From Candidatus Kerfeldbacteria bacterium (lineage in GTDB: Bacteria > Patescibacteriota > Patescibacteriia > UBA10025 > JAHIVO01): a stretch of DNA of 64,000 nt. Shown piece by piece: positions 27,802-37,762 of this stretch; position 1 is the first letter of the stretch; every line of letters begins with the position of its first letter. The stretch lies in NCBI GenBank assembly GCA_016214565.1, contig JACROE010000002.1, positions 119,654 through 183,653 of the forward strand, given 5' to 3'. The translations under genes and the position numbers were made by a program. Below the pieces are notes generated by a model. The model was not told the DNA's origin and did not search any database. It saw only the letters and a list, made by a program, of their open reading frames with translations.

Positions 27802-27878
27802 CGATGCCTAAAAAAACGAGTGAACTACCTCACCCCCCTAGTATACTCCGAAATGAACTGGTTAATCAATCCTATGAC

Positions 27879-28688
27879 CTAGTCATTCGGATAGACGACC
27901 ACAATTGCCTTCCTGCCGTTATCCACGTCTCCCCCGTTCCAATCATGCATGGCGCTCATCACCACGTCGATATCATATATGTAGTTTTCGCCCTTACGGG
28001 TGCCGACGTCATTGGTAACAAACGTATCAGCCGTATATCCTCGTACCACAAACATATGATACAGCGGTCCGCCATTGCGAAAATTTGGATTGCCCAGTTG
28101 CTTGCCTGCTGCCGGAATAATAACGGGGCGCCCAGCGGCCACGTGGCGCTTAATCTGATCTATCGTCGGATCATATTCTACATCTACTCGCTGATATCCC
28201 CAATACTCCTTAATCACCCGAGCGGTTTCCTCGGCAGTAGTATCTTTATAGTATCCAAGGATGTCTTCCTCCCAGGCAACCAAGTCCAAAATTTCGCGGT
28301 CAGCAATTTCCGCGGAGAATGTTTTTTGTGCGTAGTAATAATGCACGGTTAATGCCGAGGCTTCCTCGCAGGCTTCCTGATACGGATAATCCCAATTCGC
28401 AAACGGTGCCTGAGTAGTAAAGGGTAAAGCCAGATTAAATTCATTTGGGATAGTGGTAGGTTCAGTGACGACTGAGGCAGTATTAATATTCTGATTTGCC
28501 TCCGAACCCGCATTGGCATTGAGGGCGCGTTGCTCATTGACAATCTCAGAAAATGAAACCGGCTCAGGCGCTGGCTCTGACATCCAATTATCCCAGACTT
28601 CAACAACCCGGTGCCGACCTAAATAAGCCAGACCGGCAACGATAAAAACAATCAGCAGTAAATTAAAGGTAAATAGGCCTTTTCGCAT
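27879..28688 (-). CDS. secreted protein with C39-like (peptidase_C39_2/YvpB-like) domain
   Basis: Signal anchor; Cys in QEACEEASALTVHYYY and His in HMFVVRGY, consistent with a papain-like C39-like fold. Confidence 0.5.
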   Translation of the reverse strand: MRKGLFTFNLLLIVFIVAGLAYLGRHRVVEVWDNWMSEPAPEPVSFSEIVNEQRALNANAGSEANQNINTASVVTEPTTIPNEFNLALPFTTQAPFANWDYPYQEACEEASALTVHYYYAQKTFSAEIADREILDLVAWEEDILGYYKDTTAEETARVIKEYWGYQRVDVEYDPTIDQIKRHVAAGRPVIIPAAGKQLGNPNFRNGGPLYHMFVVRGYTADTFVTNDVGTRKGENYIYDIDVVMSAMHDWNGGDVDNGRKAIVVVYPND

Positions 28689-28748
28689 ACGATAAAAATG
28701 GCGCTTATTAACTTCGCACTATACGCCTCTCTCAAATTTTAGTCAATA

Positions 28749-29705
28749 TTAAAACCAATCCTTGCGCTTAAAATACAACGCTAAGACATACACTGACACG
28801 ACCATTGAACCGATCGCCAACCAAAAACCAAAATGGGAATTCAGCATCGGGATATCCTGAAAATTCATTCCGAAAATGCCCGCGATCAAGCTCGGCACGA
28901 GAATAATAGCGCCCCAGGAAGTGACGCGCTTCATGGTCACATTCAGGCTATTTGATATCGTGGTCAAATGAATCTCAATGGCTGACGTCAAAATATCACG
29001 GTAAGTCGTCACCATTTCAATCATTTGGACAATATCGGAATTGAGTTCGCGAAAACCGGCCAGCTGATTTTGATCAAGGAAGGTGGCATACTCTTTTTCA
29101 ATGCCGGCAATCACGTCGCGATTCGCCACTAACGCCTTATGAATATAAATCATGCTTTTTTTAGTAATGAACGTTCGCTGCATCACCTCTTTACTACGGG
29201 TATAATCGAACATTTCTTCCTCAATTCGCTCAATCCGGTCGCTCAATTCGTCAATGCTCAGAAAATACGTATCCATAATCTCATCTAAAATTGCAGATAC
29301 TAAATGCGTAATTCCTTGCTTAAATATCCCATGCAGCCGTTGAGCTGAATAGGCGTAAATCCGATTAATACCTATACTTTCACGTTTGTGTACCGAAATA
29401 ATATCATGTCGACTTTTTGAGACAAATAAAATAAGCGGTGTGGTTCGCCAGGTATGCTCCACTGATTCTACGATATGTACAATAATTAATGAGTAGTGCT
29501 CCAGATTGCGCACTAGCGGCCGTTGTTTACGTTGTAACATCTGCCCAATCTCATCCTTCGATAATCCAACAAGTGCTCCAATCCGCGTCAATTCTTCATC
29601 CGTCGGAGCCACCACATCAACCCAAGCTGGAACATGCCCTTTGAGTGCGTCAAAATCAGCGGCTGCTACCGCCCCATCGCGTAATACTTTTGCCGTAATT
29701 GCCAT
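28749..29705 (-). CDS. corA: Mg2+/Co2+ transporter CorA
   Basis: C-terminal two TM helices with the YGMNF signature. Confidence 0.85.
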   Translation of the reverse strand: MAITAKVLRDGAVAAADFDALKGHVPAWVDVVAPTDEELTRIGALVGLSKDEIGQMLQRKQRPLVRNLEHYSLIIVHIVESVEHTWRTTPLILFVSKSRHDIISVHKRESIGINRIYAYSAQRLHGIFKQGITHLVSAILDEIMDTYFLSIDELSDRIERIEEEMFDYTRSKEVMQRTFITKKSMIYIHKALVANRDVIAGIEKEYATFLDQNQLAGFRELNSDIVQMIEMVTTYRDILTSAIEIHLTTISNSLNVTMKRVTSWGAIILVPSLIAGIFGMNFQDIPMLNSHFGFWLAIGSMVVSVYVLALYFKRKDWF

Positions 29706-29715
29706 AATGGTAATG

Positions 29716-31614
29716 TTATTCTACCACAACTCCGCTATTTCCGAGGAGTCCCCACATCCAGAGGAAATGACTCAGCGACAAATAACGCTCACCCGCTAAT
29801 GGATCCATAACAATGATTTTCGTCGGCGCGGCGGCAGAGCCGACAAATCCCGTCACCACAAACGTGTGCTCGCCATTCACCGCGATAATATCTTTTCCTT
29901 CCGGCGTTTTCCAGTCAATTCGTGTTCCACTCCCGGCTGTTCCCCAGATAACGATGGGATGACCCTTCTGTATTTCACCTATTAAGTGGCCAAGCTCTCC
30001 GCCGGTAAAAGCGCGCGTGGTGCGATACGCCGATCCGGCTGCCGCAATCGGATCCCAATACACTCCATATCCCGTTGATGGCTGGTGGCCGTCGATATCG
30101 CCGACAAATGCTTCATAGGGATCACCCCAAATACCATTTGATTTTGGTGTAGGATCAAAACCAATTGCGTCAATCAATTCCTGTTCACCGACGTTGGCTC
30201 CGAAATAATTGAGCGCCATTTTCAGGGTGGCTACTTCACAGCTTAAATTATGGTCTTGGTGATCATAAACCACGCCTAATTTAGTAACGGAAAGTTCAGT
30301 AGAAAATGAAGATGAATAATCTGATTCGAGCGTCAAGCCGCCGGTTCCCTTCACCCCAGCGGCAATGGTGGCCGTATAGGTAGTATTGAAATCAAATGGT
30401 TCGCCAGGGGTGAATATCATCGTATTCTCATCCCAGCTCACGGTTCCGTCTACGGATGGGCTAAGCGACAATTTGGCTTCGGCCGATGCATGATCCACTG
30501 CCTGATTGAACCCAAACTGCAATCGGGCATTGACGCTGACACCGGTACTATCCGAGGTTGGTGTAGAGATAGCCACGCGCACCGGTCCGATCGTGGTGAA
30601 ACTATGCGTAGCGCTTTCCGTCAGGTAACCGCCGGTGAAGGTAGGCAGCCCTTCTGTAAGCGTCACCGTATACGTCATATCACGCTCTAATTTTTTTGGA
30701 GTAAAGGTTACGGTTCGATAATCAGTCGTTGCCCACGCTCCATCAATGCTGGGATCAAACGTCACATATGCAGGCAGCGATTCCATATCAATATTTTCTG
30801 AAAACGTGATCGTGATCGGCGTATTCAGCGGTACACCAGTGCCCTGCGGTGCAAATGAATCAATGCCCGGCGCTTCGCGTACCGTCCACGATTGTTTGCG
30901 AGCTACCACCGGTTCAGTTCGTGCGGCAATCTCATTGGTGCCAAACAAATATCGCAGTGTTTGCTGGCTGACGATCATCGTATACTGCGCACCCTGGGAT
31001 AATTTGCTTTTTGGCGTTACCACATAGGACTCCTGATCGCTGCCGGCTACCATATCAAATTCAATAGCCGGTTCGAATCGAACCGACCAGCTGCTCGTTG
31101 TTTCGATTGGTTGGTCAAAAGCGATGGTCCAGGAACCGTCAGCACGAAAAGGCTCATCGCTATTCGGCATAATGCTCGTGACAGCCTGGGCTGGAGGAGT
31201 TTTGAACGTCAACACATAGTCAGTCGGTTCAGTAAAAGACGGGGTAGCGCCGTGGACCGCGTGCAACGTAATTTCATAGGTTGTATCCGGCAGCCAGGTT
31301 AATTCCGGGGTGAACACCAGTGTGCGAACCAATTGATCGCGAATCACCGCTTCATCGTAACTGACGGTGCCAAATACCTGCGGGGTAATCGATACTTCCA
31401 CATCACGCGCAATCGGCCAATCAAAATTAATAACCAATGATTGATCAAGCGGCTGTATATCATCGACAATACTGATGATAGTTGGTTGCGGCGATTTACC
31501 CCCCATGACCACGGCGATTAACCCAACAAAGAGCATCGCGCTGACGATGCTGATAATAATGTAATGGGTATGGGTAAGTATAATTTTTTTTGTTTTTGTT
31601 TGGAAAACTTCCAT
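29716..31614 (-). CDS. large surface protein: N-terminal anchor, tandem Ig-like (Big/SbsA-like) domains, C-terminal C39-like peptidase domain
   Basis: Repeated β-rich TITFSE/LQFGF-type segments; C-terminal LSCEVATLKMALNYFG...EHTFVVTG (Cys/His); extended -10 promoter TGTTATAAT at 31632-31642 (minus strand). Confidence 0.55.
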   Translation of the reverse strand: MEVFQTKTKKIILTHTHYIIISIVSAMLFVGLIAVVMGGKSPQPTIISIVDDIQPLDQSLVINFDWPIARDVEVSITPQVFGTVSYDEAVIRDQLVRTLVFTPELTWLPDTTYEITLHAVHGATPSFTEPTDYVLTFKTPPAQAVTSIMPNSDEPFRADGSWTIAFDQPIETTSSWSVRFEPAIEFDMVAGSDQESYVVTPKSKLSQGAQYTMIVSQQTLRYLFGTNEIAARTEPVVARKQSWTVREAPGIDSFAPQGTGVPLNTPITITFSENIDMESLPAYVTFDPSIDGAWATTDYRTVTFTPKKLERDMTYTVTLTEGLPTFTGGYLTESATHSFTTIGPVRVAISTPTSDSTGVSVNARLQFGFNQAVDHASAEAKLSLSPSVDGTVSWDENTMIFTPGEPFDFNTTYTATIAAGVKGTGGLTLESDYSSSFSTELSVTKLGVVYDHQDHNLSCEVATLKMALNYFGANVGEQELIDAIGFDPTPKSNGIWGDPYEAFVGDIDGHQPSTGYGVYWDPIAAAGSAYRTTRAFTGGELGHLIGEIQKGHPIVIWGTAGSGTRIDWKTPEGKDIIAVNGEHTFVVTGFVGSAAAPTKIIVMDPLAGERYLSLSHFLWMWGLLGNSGVVVE

Positions 31615-31717
31615 ACTGATGTGAATTATAACACGTTTTTATACAAAAGTAAAGAGAAACCCCGCCATCAAGAAATGATAACGGGGTTAAAGGCTAACAA
31701 ACGATTTTAGAAAATGT

Positions 31718-33109
31718 TTAGGAAATAGGCACGCGCGGCCGACGGTTAGAATCAAGCAACCGATACGGTAAATGTTCGCTCGGATATGATCCAAGCGTCC
31801 AACGAACCATAAAGGTCACCGCAGTCATGCCACCGCCAAATGCCACGAACTCAACCAGGTCGCCCTCTTCCAATTCGCCGCACTGCCAGGCTTCATCCAG
31901 ACAAAGTCCACCAGACGCTGAGGTAGTATTACCAAAGCGTTCGATATTATTATGAACTTGACCGGCAAACCCAAACTCACGCATCAATTGAATTGGCGGA
32001 TTAATAATCCGCAAATTCGCCTGATGCATGGCGACAAAATCAATATCCGGAAATAACAGGCCAGCACGCTCTGCGGCCTCTGCCATGAGTCCGACCAGCC
32101 GGGGGAGTTCCCCATCGGTCTTCTTCTGCAGCAGCATGCGCTCGGCGCGTTTACGGACGGTATGTCCATCCATAAACATTAAATGTCGTTGATCAAAGGG
32201 ATCGATTATCATTTCCGGAGAAACCGGCAAAGCTGATCCGCCAGCTGGAACGACTATGAGGTCCCCCAGTGATGGGTCAGATCGAGCGAAGAACCCGCCC
32301 GGGATAAATGCGTTCTGCGCAATTGGGCATGCCTCAAGCACGGCACAAAATGCGCCATCCCCGAGGACGATGCGAAGATTCCGATTGTACGGACTGGCCG
32401 TGCCCGACATGACGTCAGCGCCGATCACCAGGCCTGATTTGTACTGGCCTGACGCAATCAACCCATAGGCCACCTGCATCGCCGAAGCATAACTGGTGCA
32501 TGCGGCAGTTACGTCAATGCAGAAAACATCCGGATTCTGAATACCGAGCTTCCCCTTGATCCGCGTGGCGGTCAAGGGAGTCTGTGGATGATCCGGCGTC
32601 GTTGTCGCGACCATGATGAAGCCGACGGATTCGGGATTAAGTCCAGAAACTGCAAGTGCCTGCTCCGCCGCCTGCTTTCCTAAATCGCTAGTTGCTACTC
32701 CAGGCAGTGCCCAGTACCGAGAACGGATGCCGGTCAAATCAAAAATCTTGTCCGGCAAAGCATCAAACTGAATCCATCGAGGATCTGCGTCCGTGGGAAT
32801 ATTCCCCCGATACTTCTGCCACAGCACCAGTGCCGTGATCTGATCGTCGGGGTTCAGCTGTCGCCAGTCAGCACTATCGTAGAGCGGCGCCTGATCGACG
32901 ACTGACGAAGGCGAAGCCTCCCAATTTCGTAAAAGCTGAAAGAGCCCTCGAAAGTACCGTTCATGACCAGCTAACGATTCGCTGATAGCTGGATTTGATA
33001 CAGCCCGGACCTTACACTGTTCATGTTCTGGATCAATAATATGCGACCCAACACCAGTGATCTCCACGCCCTGAATGACGAGCATGGATTCTTTCTGAAT
33101 GTGTGCCAT
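31718..33109 (-). CDS. FabH-like 3-oxoacyl-ACP synthase III family protein with about 60-aa N-proximal insertion
   Basis: Thiolase fold: active-site Cys in DVTAACTSYASAM, HQAN motif, GNTTSAS; 463 aa versus about 320 for a canonical FabH. Confidence 0.65.
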   Translation of the reverse strand: MAHIQKESMLVIQGVEITGVGSHIIDPEHEQCKVRAVSNPAISESLAGHERYFRGLFQLLRNWEASPSSVVDQAPLYDSADWRQLNPDDQITALVLWQKYRGNIPTDADPRWIQFDALPDKIFDLTGIRSRYWALPGVATSDLGKQAAEQALAVSGLNPESVGFIMVATTTPDHPQTPLTATRIKGKLGIQNPDVFCIDVTAACTSYASAMQVAYGLIASGQYKSGLVIGADVMSGTASPYNRNLRIVLGDGAFCAVLEACPIAQNAFIPGGFFARSDPSLGDLIVVPAGGSALPVSPEMIIDPFDQRHLMFMDGHTVRKRAERMLLQKKTDGELPRLVGLMAEAAERAGLLFPDIDFVAMHQANLRIINPPIQLMREFGFAGQVHNNIERFGNTTSASGGLCLDEAWQCGELEEGDLVEFVAFGGGMTAVTFMVRWTLGSYPSEHLPYRLLDSNRRPRVPIS

Positions 33110-33267
33110 TCGCTACTCCTCTCAAAAAAAGTTTTCAAAAGTTCCTTATTTCTATTGTATTCTCCAAAAAATGGAGTTTCATCATCTTAACCCTGCTGGA
33201 TTAATTGGTCAAATAAAAATAGCCGCCGGGATGACCCCGCCGCTCACACTCAATGATTGAACAATAA

Positions 33268-33606
33268 CTACTTTTTCGTGATCGCGTTCGTAAACCACGA
33301 CATCACCCACATCGCCAGACCGCCCAACAGTGCGGCAATAAATCCTTCGACCTCAAACCCTGGCAAAAATGATGCTACCACCCAGATCAATAATGCATTA
33401 ATTACGAAAGTGAATAGCCCAAGCGTCAGGATAGTGATGGGTAAGGTAAAGATGATCAGAATTGGTTTAATAATAGCATTCACCAGCCCCAGCACTACAG
33501 CGGCAATCAGTGCATACCAGAAACTATCTACCTCAAATCCCGGCACCACATAGGTGACGGCAATGAGTGCGGCGGCATTGAGAATTAATCGAATGATGAG
33601 ATTCAT
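33268..33606 (-). CDS. four-TM membrane protein, phage-holin-4_2/DUF360-like
   Basis: Repeated GFEV(D/E)(S/G)F motif and four TM helices; ATG at 33606 preferred over the TTG start at 33645 shown in the ORF track. Confidence 0.45.
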   Translation of the reverse strand: MNLIIRLILNAAALIAVTYVVPGFEVDSFWYALIAAVVLGLVNAIIKPILIIFTLPITILTLGLFTFVINALLIWVVASFLPGFEVEGFIAALLGGLAMWVMSWFTNAITKK

Positions 33607-33738
33607 AGAAACAAACTTGAATGCCGAGCTTCGGATTTCCGCCAAAGGCGGATCTGCCTATGGCACGATATTCCGGGCGAGGCATACTATTGAAGGGAAA
33701 AGATGCAATGAAGGAAAACCGCAGGTGTTCCTTCATAC

Positions 33739-33816
33739 TGGTACCGCTATGGGGATTCGAACCCCAGTTTCATCCGTGAGAGGGATGCGTCCTGGACCGG
33801 GCTAGACGATAGCGGC
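33739..33816 (-). tRNA. tRNA-Glu (anticodon CUC)
   Basis: Folds into a cloverleaf: acceptor GCCGCTA/TAGCGGT, 11-nt D-loop, anticodon loop CU-CUC-AC, T-arm TGGGG-TTCGAAT-CCCCA, encoded CCA; closely resembles bacterial tRNA-Glu. Confidence 0.85.
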
Positions 33817-33907
33817 CTAATCGGTGTGCTGCAGTATAAATAACTTTTCCCTATTAATCAAGCGCCCGCCTATGGTGCCCGCATCCCCTTGTGCATGACC
33901 AATATAC

Positions 33908-34087
33908 TTACATCTTATTGTTCGCCTTTTCGAAGTACAAGCCGGCTAACATCGAAAGGATACCCATCTGCAGATAGAACGATGACGGAATGATAATAAC
34001 CGTATTATTGACCTCAGTAAAGAACGCAAAAACACCACACATCAAACCAAACACAGCGAATGACATGGAAAAATATTTCGATTTCAT
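33908..34087 (-). CDS. small membrane protein (59 aa)
   Basis: AAGGGGGTG SD before ATG 34087; two hydrophobic helices. Confidence 0.4.
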   Translation of the reverse strand: MKSKYFSMSFAVFGLMCGVFAFFTEVNNTVIIIPSSFYLQMGILSMLAGLYFEKANNKM

Positions 34088-34122
34088 GGTATCACCCCCT
34101 TTCGTTGATATAGATAAGTATA

Positions 34123-35127
34123 CTACGCAGAACCCATTATTTCCAGGGCTAATTGCACTAATGTATGCGAGTACCCCCATTCATTATCATACCAGGCAAT
34201 CACTTTCACCAGATTTCCATCCACCACCTTGGTCAAACTCAAATCAATGATCGAAGCATGTGGATTGCCCACTATATCTGACGAAACGATCGGATCTTCA
34301 GTCACCGTCATCACACCAGCAAATCGCGATTCGGCAGCGGCTTTCCGAAATGCCTCATTGACCTCATCGACAGTAACCGTGCGATTCAGCAATACGGTCA
34401 TGTCTGACAGCGAACCAACCAGCGTCGGTACCCGCACCGCCAAGCCATCAAATTTACCCTTAAGTGCCGGAATGGTCTCTGCCGTGGCAATTGCCGCACC
34501 GGTCGTTGTCGGCACAATATTCACCGCCGCCGCTCGCGCCCGCCGCAAATCCTTATGCGGTCCATCCACTAAATTTTGATCAGCGGTGTACGAATGGATC
34601 GTAGTCATCATAGCCTTCTTGATGCCAAAAGCTTCCTGCAGCACCTGCGCCGCCGGCGCAATGCAATTAGTCGTACATGACGCATTTGAGACGATCGTTT
34701 GATTGCCCAACGCGTCACTATTCACGCCCATCACGAACGTCTGCACTTCACCGCCTTTGGGTGGCGCGGAAATAACAACCCGCTTGGCGCCCGCGTCGAT
34801 ATGGAGCTGGGCTTTTTCCTGGCTCAAGAAATGTCCGGTTGATTCAATCACCACGTCTACCTTTAGTTTCTTCCAGGGTAGGTTGGCTGGTTCCTTTTCA
34901 GAAAAAACGGGATAGGTTTTTCCCTCAACGACGATCGCCGAATCGGTATGCGTTACCTTCTTCGGAAACACGCCATAGGCAGTGTCGTACTGCAATAAAT
35001 GCGCCAGCGTCTTGGTATCAGTCAAATCATTTAGGGCTACAACCTCAACGCCTTTTTTTTCAAGTGCCACCTTAAACGCCGCACGTCCGATGCGGCCAAA
35101 TCCATTGATTGCTATACGAATGCCCAT
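34123..35127 (-). CDS. gap: glyceraldehyde-3-phosphate dehydrogenase
   Basis: NGFGRIGR NAD-binding site and active site ASCTTNC. Confidence 0.95.
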   Translation of the reverse strand: MGIRIAINGFGRIGRAAFKVALEKKGVEVVALNDLTDTKTLAHLLQYDTAYGVFPKKVTHTDSAIVVEGKTYPVFSEKEPANLPWKKLKVDVVIESTGHFLSQEKAQLHIDAGAKRVVISAPPKGGEVQTFVMGVNSDALGNQTIVSNASCTTNCIAPAAQVLQEAFGIKKAMMTTIHSYTADQNLVDGPHKDLRRARAAAVNIVPTTTGAAIATAETIPALKGKFDGLAVRVPTLVGSLSDMTVLLNRTVTVDEVNEAFRKAAAESRFAGVMTVTEDPIVSSDIVGNPHASIIDLSLTKVVDGNLVKVIAWYDNEWGYSHTLVQLALEIMGSA

Positions 35128-35168
35128 ACACGTGTATTAGAAATTAGTAATTAATAATTGGAACTTCA

Positions 35169-36047
35169 TTACACTATTTCATCCGCCATACCGACGCTGC
35201 CAAACATGGTCATTTTTTGTTCAACCACATTTCGCATAGCTTCGATAGACGGGGTCAAAATTGACCGCGGATCAAATTCGTCAGGATCATTGATAAGCGT
35301 TTCTCGCAGGGTATTGGTAAACGCCAGCCGCAAATCAGTATCAATATTAATAATCGCGATCCCCCGCTGCACGCCTGCCAACACTTGCTTTTTAGGCACG
35401 CCAGAGGCGCCGTGTAAAACAAGCGGTGTATGAGGAATCAATTTATGAATAGCTGCCAGCCGTTCGAGATCCAGTCCAGGATTGCCCTTTTGCATTTTAA
35501 TAATGCCATGCACATTGCCCACGGCCACGGCTAGCGTATCGATCCCCGTTTTTTCCACGAATTCCGCTGCCTCTTCCGGTTTTGTCATCAGTGCCCGGCG
35601 GTCTTCTTCGCTCATTTCTTCCAGGCCCTTCACCACCCCCAGCTCTCCCTGAGCATAGACGCCTTTGCGGTGAGCGAAATCAACTGCTTGCTTGGTGAGA
35701 ATAATATTTTCAATCAAGGGCATGTCAGAAGCATCCATCATAATCGAGGAAAAGCCCGCCTGCACGCATTCAGCCACCGAGCGGAATGATCGGCCGTGAT
35801 CTAAATGCAGCGCAACAGGAATGTTCCCTGCTTGAATGGTCGCAACCGTATGCACGATATTCGTGATCGAACGCAAACCAGCATACTCAATGCTCCGCTC
35901 TGACACTTGGAGAATCACGGGGGATTTTTTCCGCACCGCCGCCTGAACCACCGCCAGCGTGGTTTCTAAATTTTCTACGTTAAACGCGCCGAGTGCATAG
36001 CCATTCTCGTGCGCATGCTGAACTAATTTGGAAAGATGGACGAGCAT
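35169..36047 (-). CDS. fba: class II fructose-bisphosphate aldolase
   Basis: Class II aldolase motifs (LHLDHG, GELG), 292 aa. Confidence 0.9.
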   Translation of the reverse strand: MLVHLSKLVQHAHENGYALGAFNVENLETTLAVVQAAVRKKSPVILQVSERSIEYAGLRSITNIVHTVATIQAGNIPVALHLDHGRSFRSVAECVQAGFSSIMMDASDMPLIENIILTKQAVDFAHRKGVYAQGELGVVKGLEEMSEEDRRALMTKPEEAAEFVEKTGIDTLAVAVGNVHGIIKMQKGNPGLDLERLAAIHKLIPHTPLVLHGASGVPKKQVLAGVQRGIAIINIDTDLRLAFTNTLRETLINDPDEFDPRSILTPSIEAMRNVVEQKMTMFGSVGMADEIV

Positions 36048-36050
36048 AAC

Positions 36051-36839
36051 TTAACGGGGTGATGAATGATAAGCCTGTATCACGCGGAAAAAAGATTGTG
36101 GATCAACACTGGCTCCTCCGACGAGCACGCCGTCAATGTCATCCATCGCGGCAAAACCAGCAACATTTTTTTCATCGACAGAGCCGCCGTAGATAATTCG
36201 CATCTCAGTCGCTACATGCGCATCGTACAAATCAGCGATGGTTCGACGAATTAATTTATGAATGACTTGCGCTGATTCGGGAGTATCGGAGACTGGCTGA
36301 GCGAGTTCTGTGCTGGTGCTAATCGCCCAGAGCGGTTCATAGGCCAGAAGGATTCGACGCGCGTCCGCGGAACGAACATCCTGCAGCGCCGCAACAATAC
36401 GCTCATAAATCACCCGCTTCGTCTCCCCAGCTTCCTTCTCGGCATAACTTTCACCGAAACAAATAATCGGGCGCAGTCTTCGGGAGAGCGCAGCATGCAC
36501 TTTCCGATTCACCGCTTCATCAGTTTCTCCAAAAAATGCTCGCCGTTCTGAATGGCCAATGATGACATATGAGCATCCAGCATCAGCTAACTGTCGCGCG
36601 GAAACCGCTCCCGTAAAAGCGCCGCGATCTTCCCAGTAAAGATCTTGCCCAGCAACGGCAATTTCCTTTTCCGGCACGGCCGCGCGCACCGCAGGAATAA
36701 ATACATACGAGGGAGCAATCAGCACGTGAGACGCCGCCACCAGCGGATCAGCCACAGGAAACATGTTCATGAATCGTTCCACAGCACTGCCATCGAGATT
36801 CATTTTCCAATTTGCGATAATATAGGGCTTTTCCGGCAT
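36051..36839 (-). CDS. tpiA: triosephosphate isomerase
   Basis: IIANWKMN, AYEPLWAI, IIYGGSV. Confidence 0.92.
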   Translation of the reverse strand: MPEKPYIIANWKMNLDGSAVERFMNMFPVADPLVAASHVLIAPSYVFIPAVRAAVPEKEIAVAGQDLYWEDRGAFTGAVSARQLADAGCSYVIIGHSERRAFFGETDEAVNRKVHAALSRRLRPIICFGESYAEKEAGETKRVIYERIVAALQDVRSADARRILLAYEPLWAISTSTELAQPVSDTPESAQVIHKLIRRTIADLYDAHVATEMRIIYGGSVDEKNVAGFAAMDDIDGVLVGGASVDPQSFFRVIQAYHSSPR

Positions 36840-36848
36840 AGCGAGTCT

Positions 36849-37760
36849 CTATTCTTCCCTTAGTCTAGCGTATTTTTCTTGTTCTGTAAAAATTGATTTG
36901 ATAAATGGAAGTTCAGCCCATTGAATCAGGGCTCCGGCTTGGCTAAAACGCTCATCGCTCGACCACTGGCGGAGCAGGACGACCAACGTCCCGGCCGGAG
37001 ACAAACTGGCGTAGGTATACCCCGCTTCATCGAGATAGCCCGTTTTGGCGATGACGCCAGCATCCAATAGCGCGTTAGTGCTTTTAATACGGTGAAACTT
37101 TCCCTTATCAATCGTTACTAAATCGTGGACGGGCGTTTGAAGCGCGGCATGGATGCGGGGCTCGGCAAACGCCGCCTGGGCAAGCCGTGCGACATCTGCT
37201 GCACTGGCCTGATTGCGTGGATCGAGTCCGGTCACTTCATAAAAAATGCTGTCCGTCATACCAAGCGCCGCGGCTTTCTTGTTCATTCGCCGGACAAATG
37301 CATCAGTCGATAAGCCAGTGGCGCGAGCCATAGCCCGTGTCGCGTTATTGGCCGAACCGACCAAACTGGTGTAAAACAAATCCTGAAGTGAAACTATCTC
37401 ACCTTCACCAACATATAATCTACTCCCCTCAATCGAATCATTATCATCCGGCAAAATAGTGACTGGCATATTCCAGTCAGGATTGAGATCTACCAGAACA
37501 AGCGCGGTCATCAGTTTTGAAAGACTCGCAATGGGCATCGGCTCATTGGGCAATCGCGACCAGCGCACACCATTCGTGATGGTATCAATCACAATACCCG
37601 CATGCGCACTTATGGCGACATCCGGAAAAACGAGTGCGGGCGCCTCGCGGTTAAGCCCGGTGATTATCTCTACCTGGGCTGCACTCGAAAAAGAATGCAA
37701 TAAATCCGGCCGATCAATATCCTGCAGGGCAAATAAAAAACCCAGCAACAATGTGAACAT
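36849..37760 (-). CDS. D-alanyl-D-alanine carboxypeptidase (S11, PBP5/6-like)
   Basis: SxxK (SLSKLMT), SxN (SAN) and KTG (KTGYL) motifs. Confidence 0.85.
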   Translation of the reverse strand: MFTLLLGFLFALQDIDRPDLLHSFSSAAQVEIITGLNREAPALVFPDVAISAHAGIVIDTITNGVRWSRLPNEPMPIASLSKLMTALVLVDLNPDWNMPVTILPDDNDSIEGSRLYVGEGEIVSLQDLFYTSLVGSANNATRAMARATGLSTDAFVRRMNKKAAALGMTDSIFYEVTGLDPRNQASAADVARLAQAAFAEPRIHAALQTPVHDLVTIDKGKFHRIKSTNALLDAGVIAKTGYLDEAGYTYASLSPAGTLVVLLRQWSSDERFSQAGALIQWAELPFIKSIFTEQEKYARLREE

Positions 37761-37762
37761 AC

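Noticed and set aside
33110-33267. Hairpin at GCCGCCGGGATGACCCCGCCGCT upstream of the FabH-like gene
   Set aside because: The two arms are not reverse complements of each other on the same strand when checked base by base. They are GC-rich direct similarity only.
33533-33805. ORFs 33533..33736 (-) and 33554..33805 (+) next to or over tRNA-Glu
   Set aside because: The plus-strand ORF overlaps the tRNA-Glu gene and the minus-strand one lies in the short tRNA-to-holin spacer that carries the tRNA terminator hairpin. They have no ribosome-binding sites. The sequence is better explained as tRNA plus intergenic spacer.
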